Shown: one piece after another, positions 63,571 through 64,000 of the stretch | Numbering within the stretch: the first letter of the stretch is position 1 | Layout of the letters: each line of letters begins with the position of its first letter | Source: an uncultured virus (IMG/VR IMGVR_UViG_3300033148_006032) | Taxonomy: Duplodnaviria; Heunggongvirae; Uroviricota; Caudoviricetes | Direction: 5' to 3' (one strand) | DNA length: 64,000 nt | IMG/VR virus record: IMGVR_UViG_3300033148_006032 | Translations under genes and position numbers: made by a program | Notes under the pieces: generated by a model | What the model was told of the DNA's origin: nothing | Database searches by the model: none | The model's input: only the letters and a program-made list of their open reading frames with translations

Positions 63571-63745
63571 ATGCTGTATCCTCCTTTAGATTTTTGATTG
63601 TTTGTAAAATTTTTATTGCCTCATTACTTAACAATGCTGGTGTTATAATATGATAGTAACTTAGTAGTCTATTATATATTAGCAGCATTCCTCCTTGTCG
63701 GCAAGAATCATTCCCGGGGACAACAGAAGCCAAACAAATTTTCAT
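63560..63745 (-). CDS. hypothetical protein
   Basis: MKICLAS...RLLSYY; coupled to neighbours. Confidence 0.5.
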   Translation of the reverse strand: MKICLASVVPGNDSCRQGGMLLIYNRLLSYYHIITPALLSNEAIKILQTIKNLKEDTAYES

Positions 63746-63975
63746 GTCTGTTTCCCCCGTTTGGCTATTTCAAATGCCTGAATAACATGATCTGTTAGTT
63801 CCTGTGTATTATTTGCTCCAGAGGAGAAATAGAAGAAAACTAACCGATTATAATCCGACCGTTTTACGGCTGCTCGTAAAACGGATGCCTCTTTTTTCAT
63901 GGTGATCATTTGTAGGAAATTACCTGCTAAATATATTAGCATAATGCACCTTTCCTCCTTAAATTTGAAAATCAA
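63742..63975 (-). CDS. hypothetical protein, similar in pattern to its neighbour
   Basis: MLIYLAGN...RLVFFY. Confidence 0.5.
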   Translation of the reverse strand: MIFKFKEERCIMLIYLAGNFLQMITMKKEASVLRAAVKRSDYNRLVFFYFSSGANNTQELTDHVIQAFEIAKRGKQT

Positions 63976-64000
63976 TTCTTTTCTTTTTTTCCTTTGCTAT

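Overview
The window is almost entirely one AT-rich tailed dsDNA phage (siphovirus layout), probably infecting a Bacillota/Clostridia host, judged from strong GGAGG ribosome-binding sites and sigmaA-type promoters. The + strand block (about 6.4-41.1 kb) holds packaging, head, tail and lysis genes. The - strand blocks (0-6.3 kb and 41.2-64 kb) hold small early genes and a large replication/recombination set: primase, initiator, SNF2 helicases, split family-A polymerase, DnaN, DnaX, RecA, SSB and split SbcCD. No integrase, tRNA or CRISPR array was seen. Three things stand out. (1) A nine-gene glycan/teichoic-acid-like biosynthesis cluster sits inside the head operon. Two of its enzymes share an unannotated N-terminal domain of about 50 aa, and a nearby small protein copies the scaffold's C-terminal IRRAAGR tail. 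(2) An agr-like module (kinase-less membrane protein, AgrD-like peptide, short AgrB) is translationally linked to the lysis cassette. (3) The early operon is punctuated by five predicted self-cleaving ribozymes of three classes (2 hammerhead, 2 twister-sister, 1 twister) plus four unexplained pseudoknots in equivalent positions. All calls come from motif reading by eye; no database searches were run.
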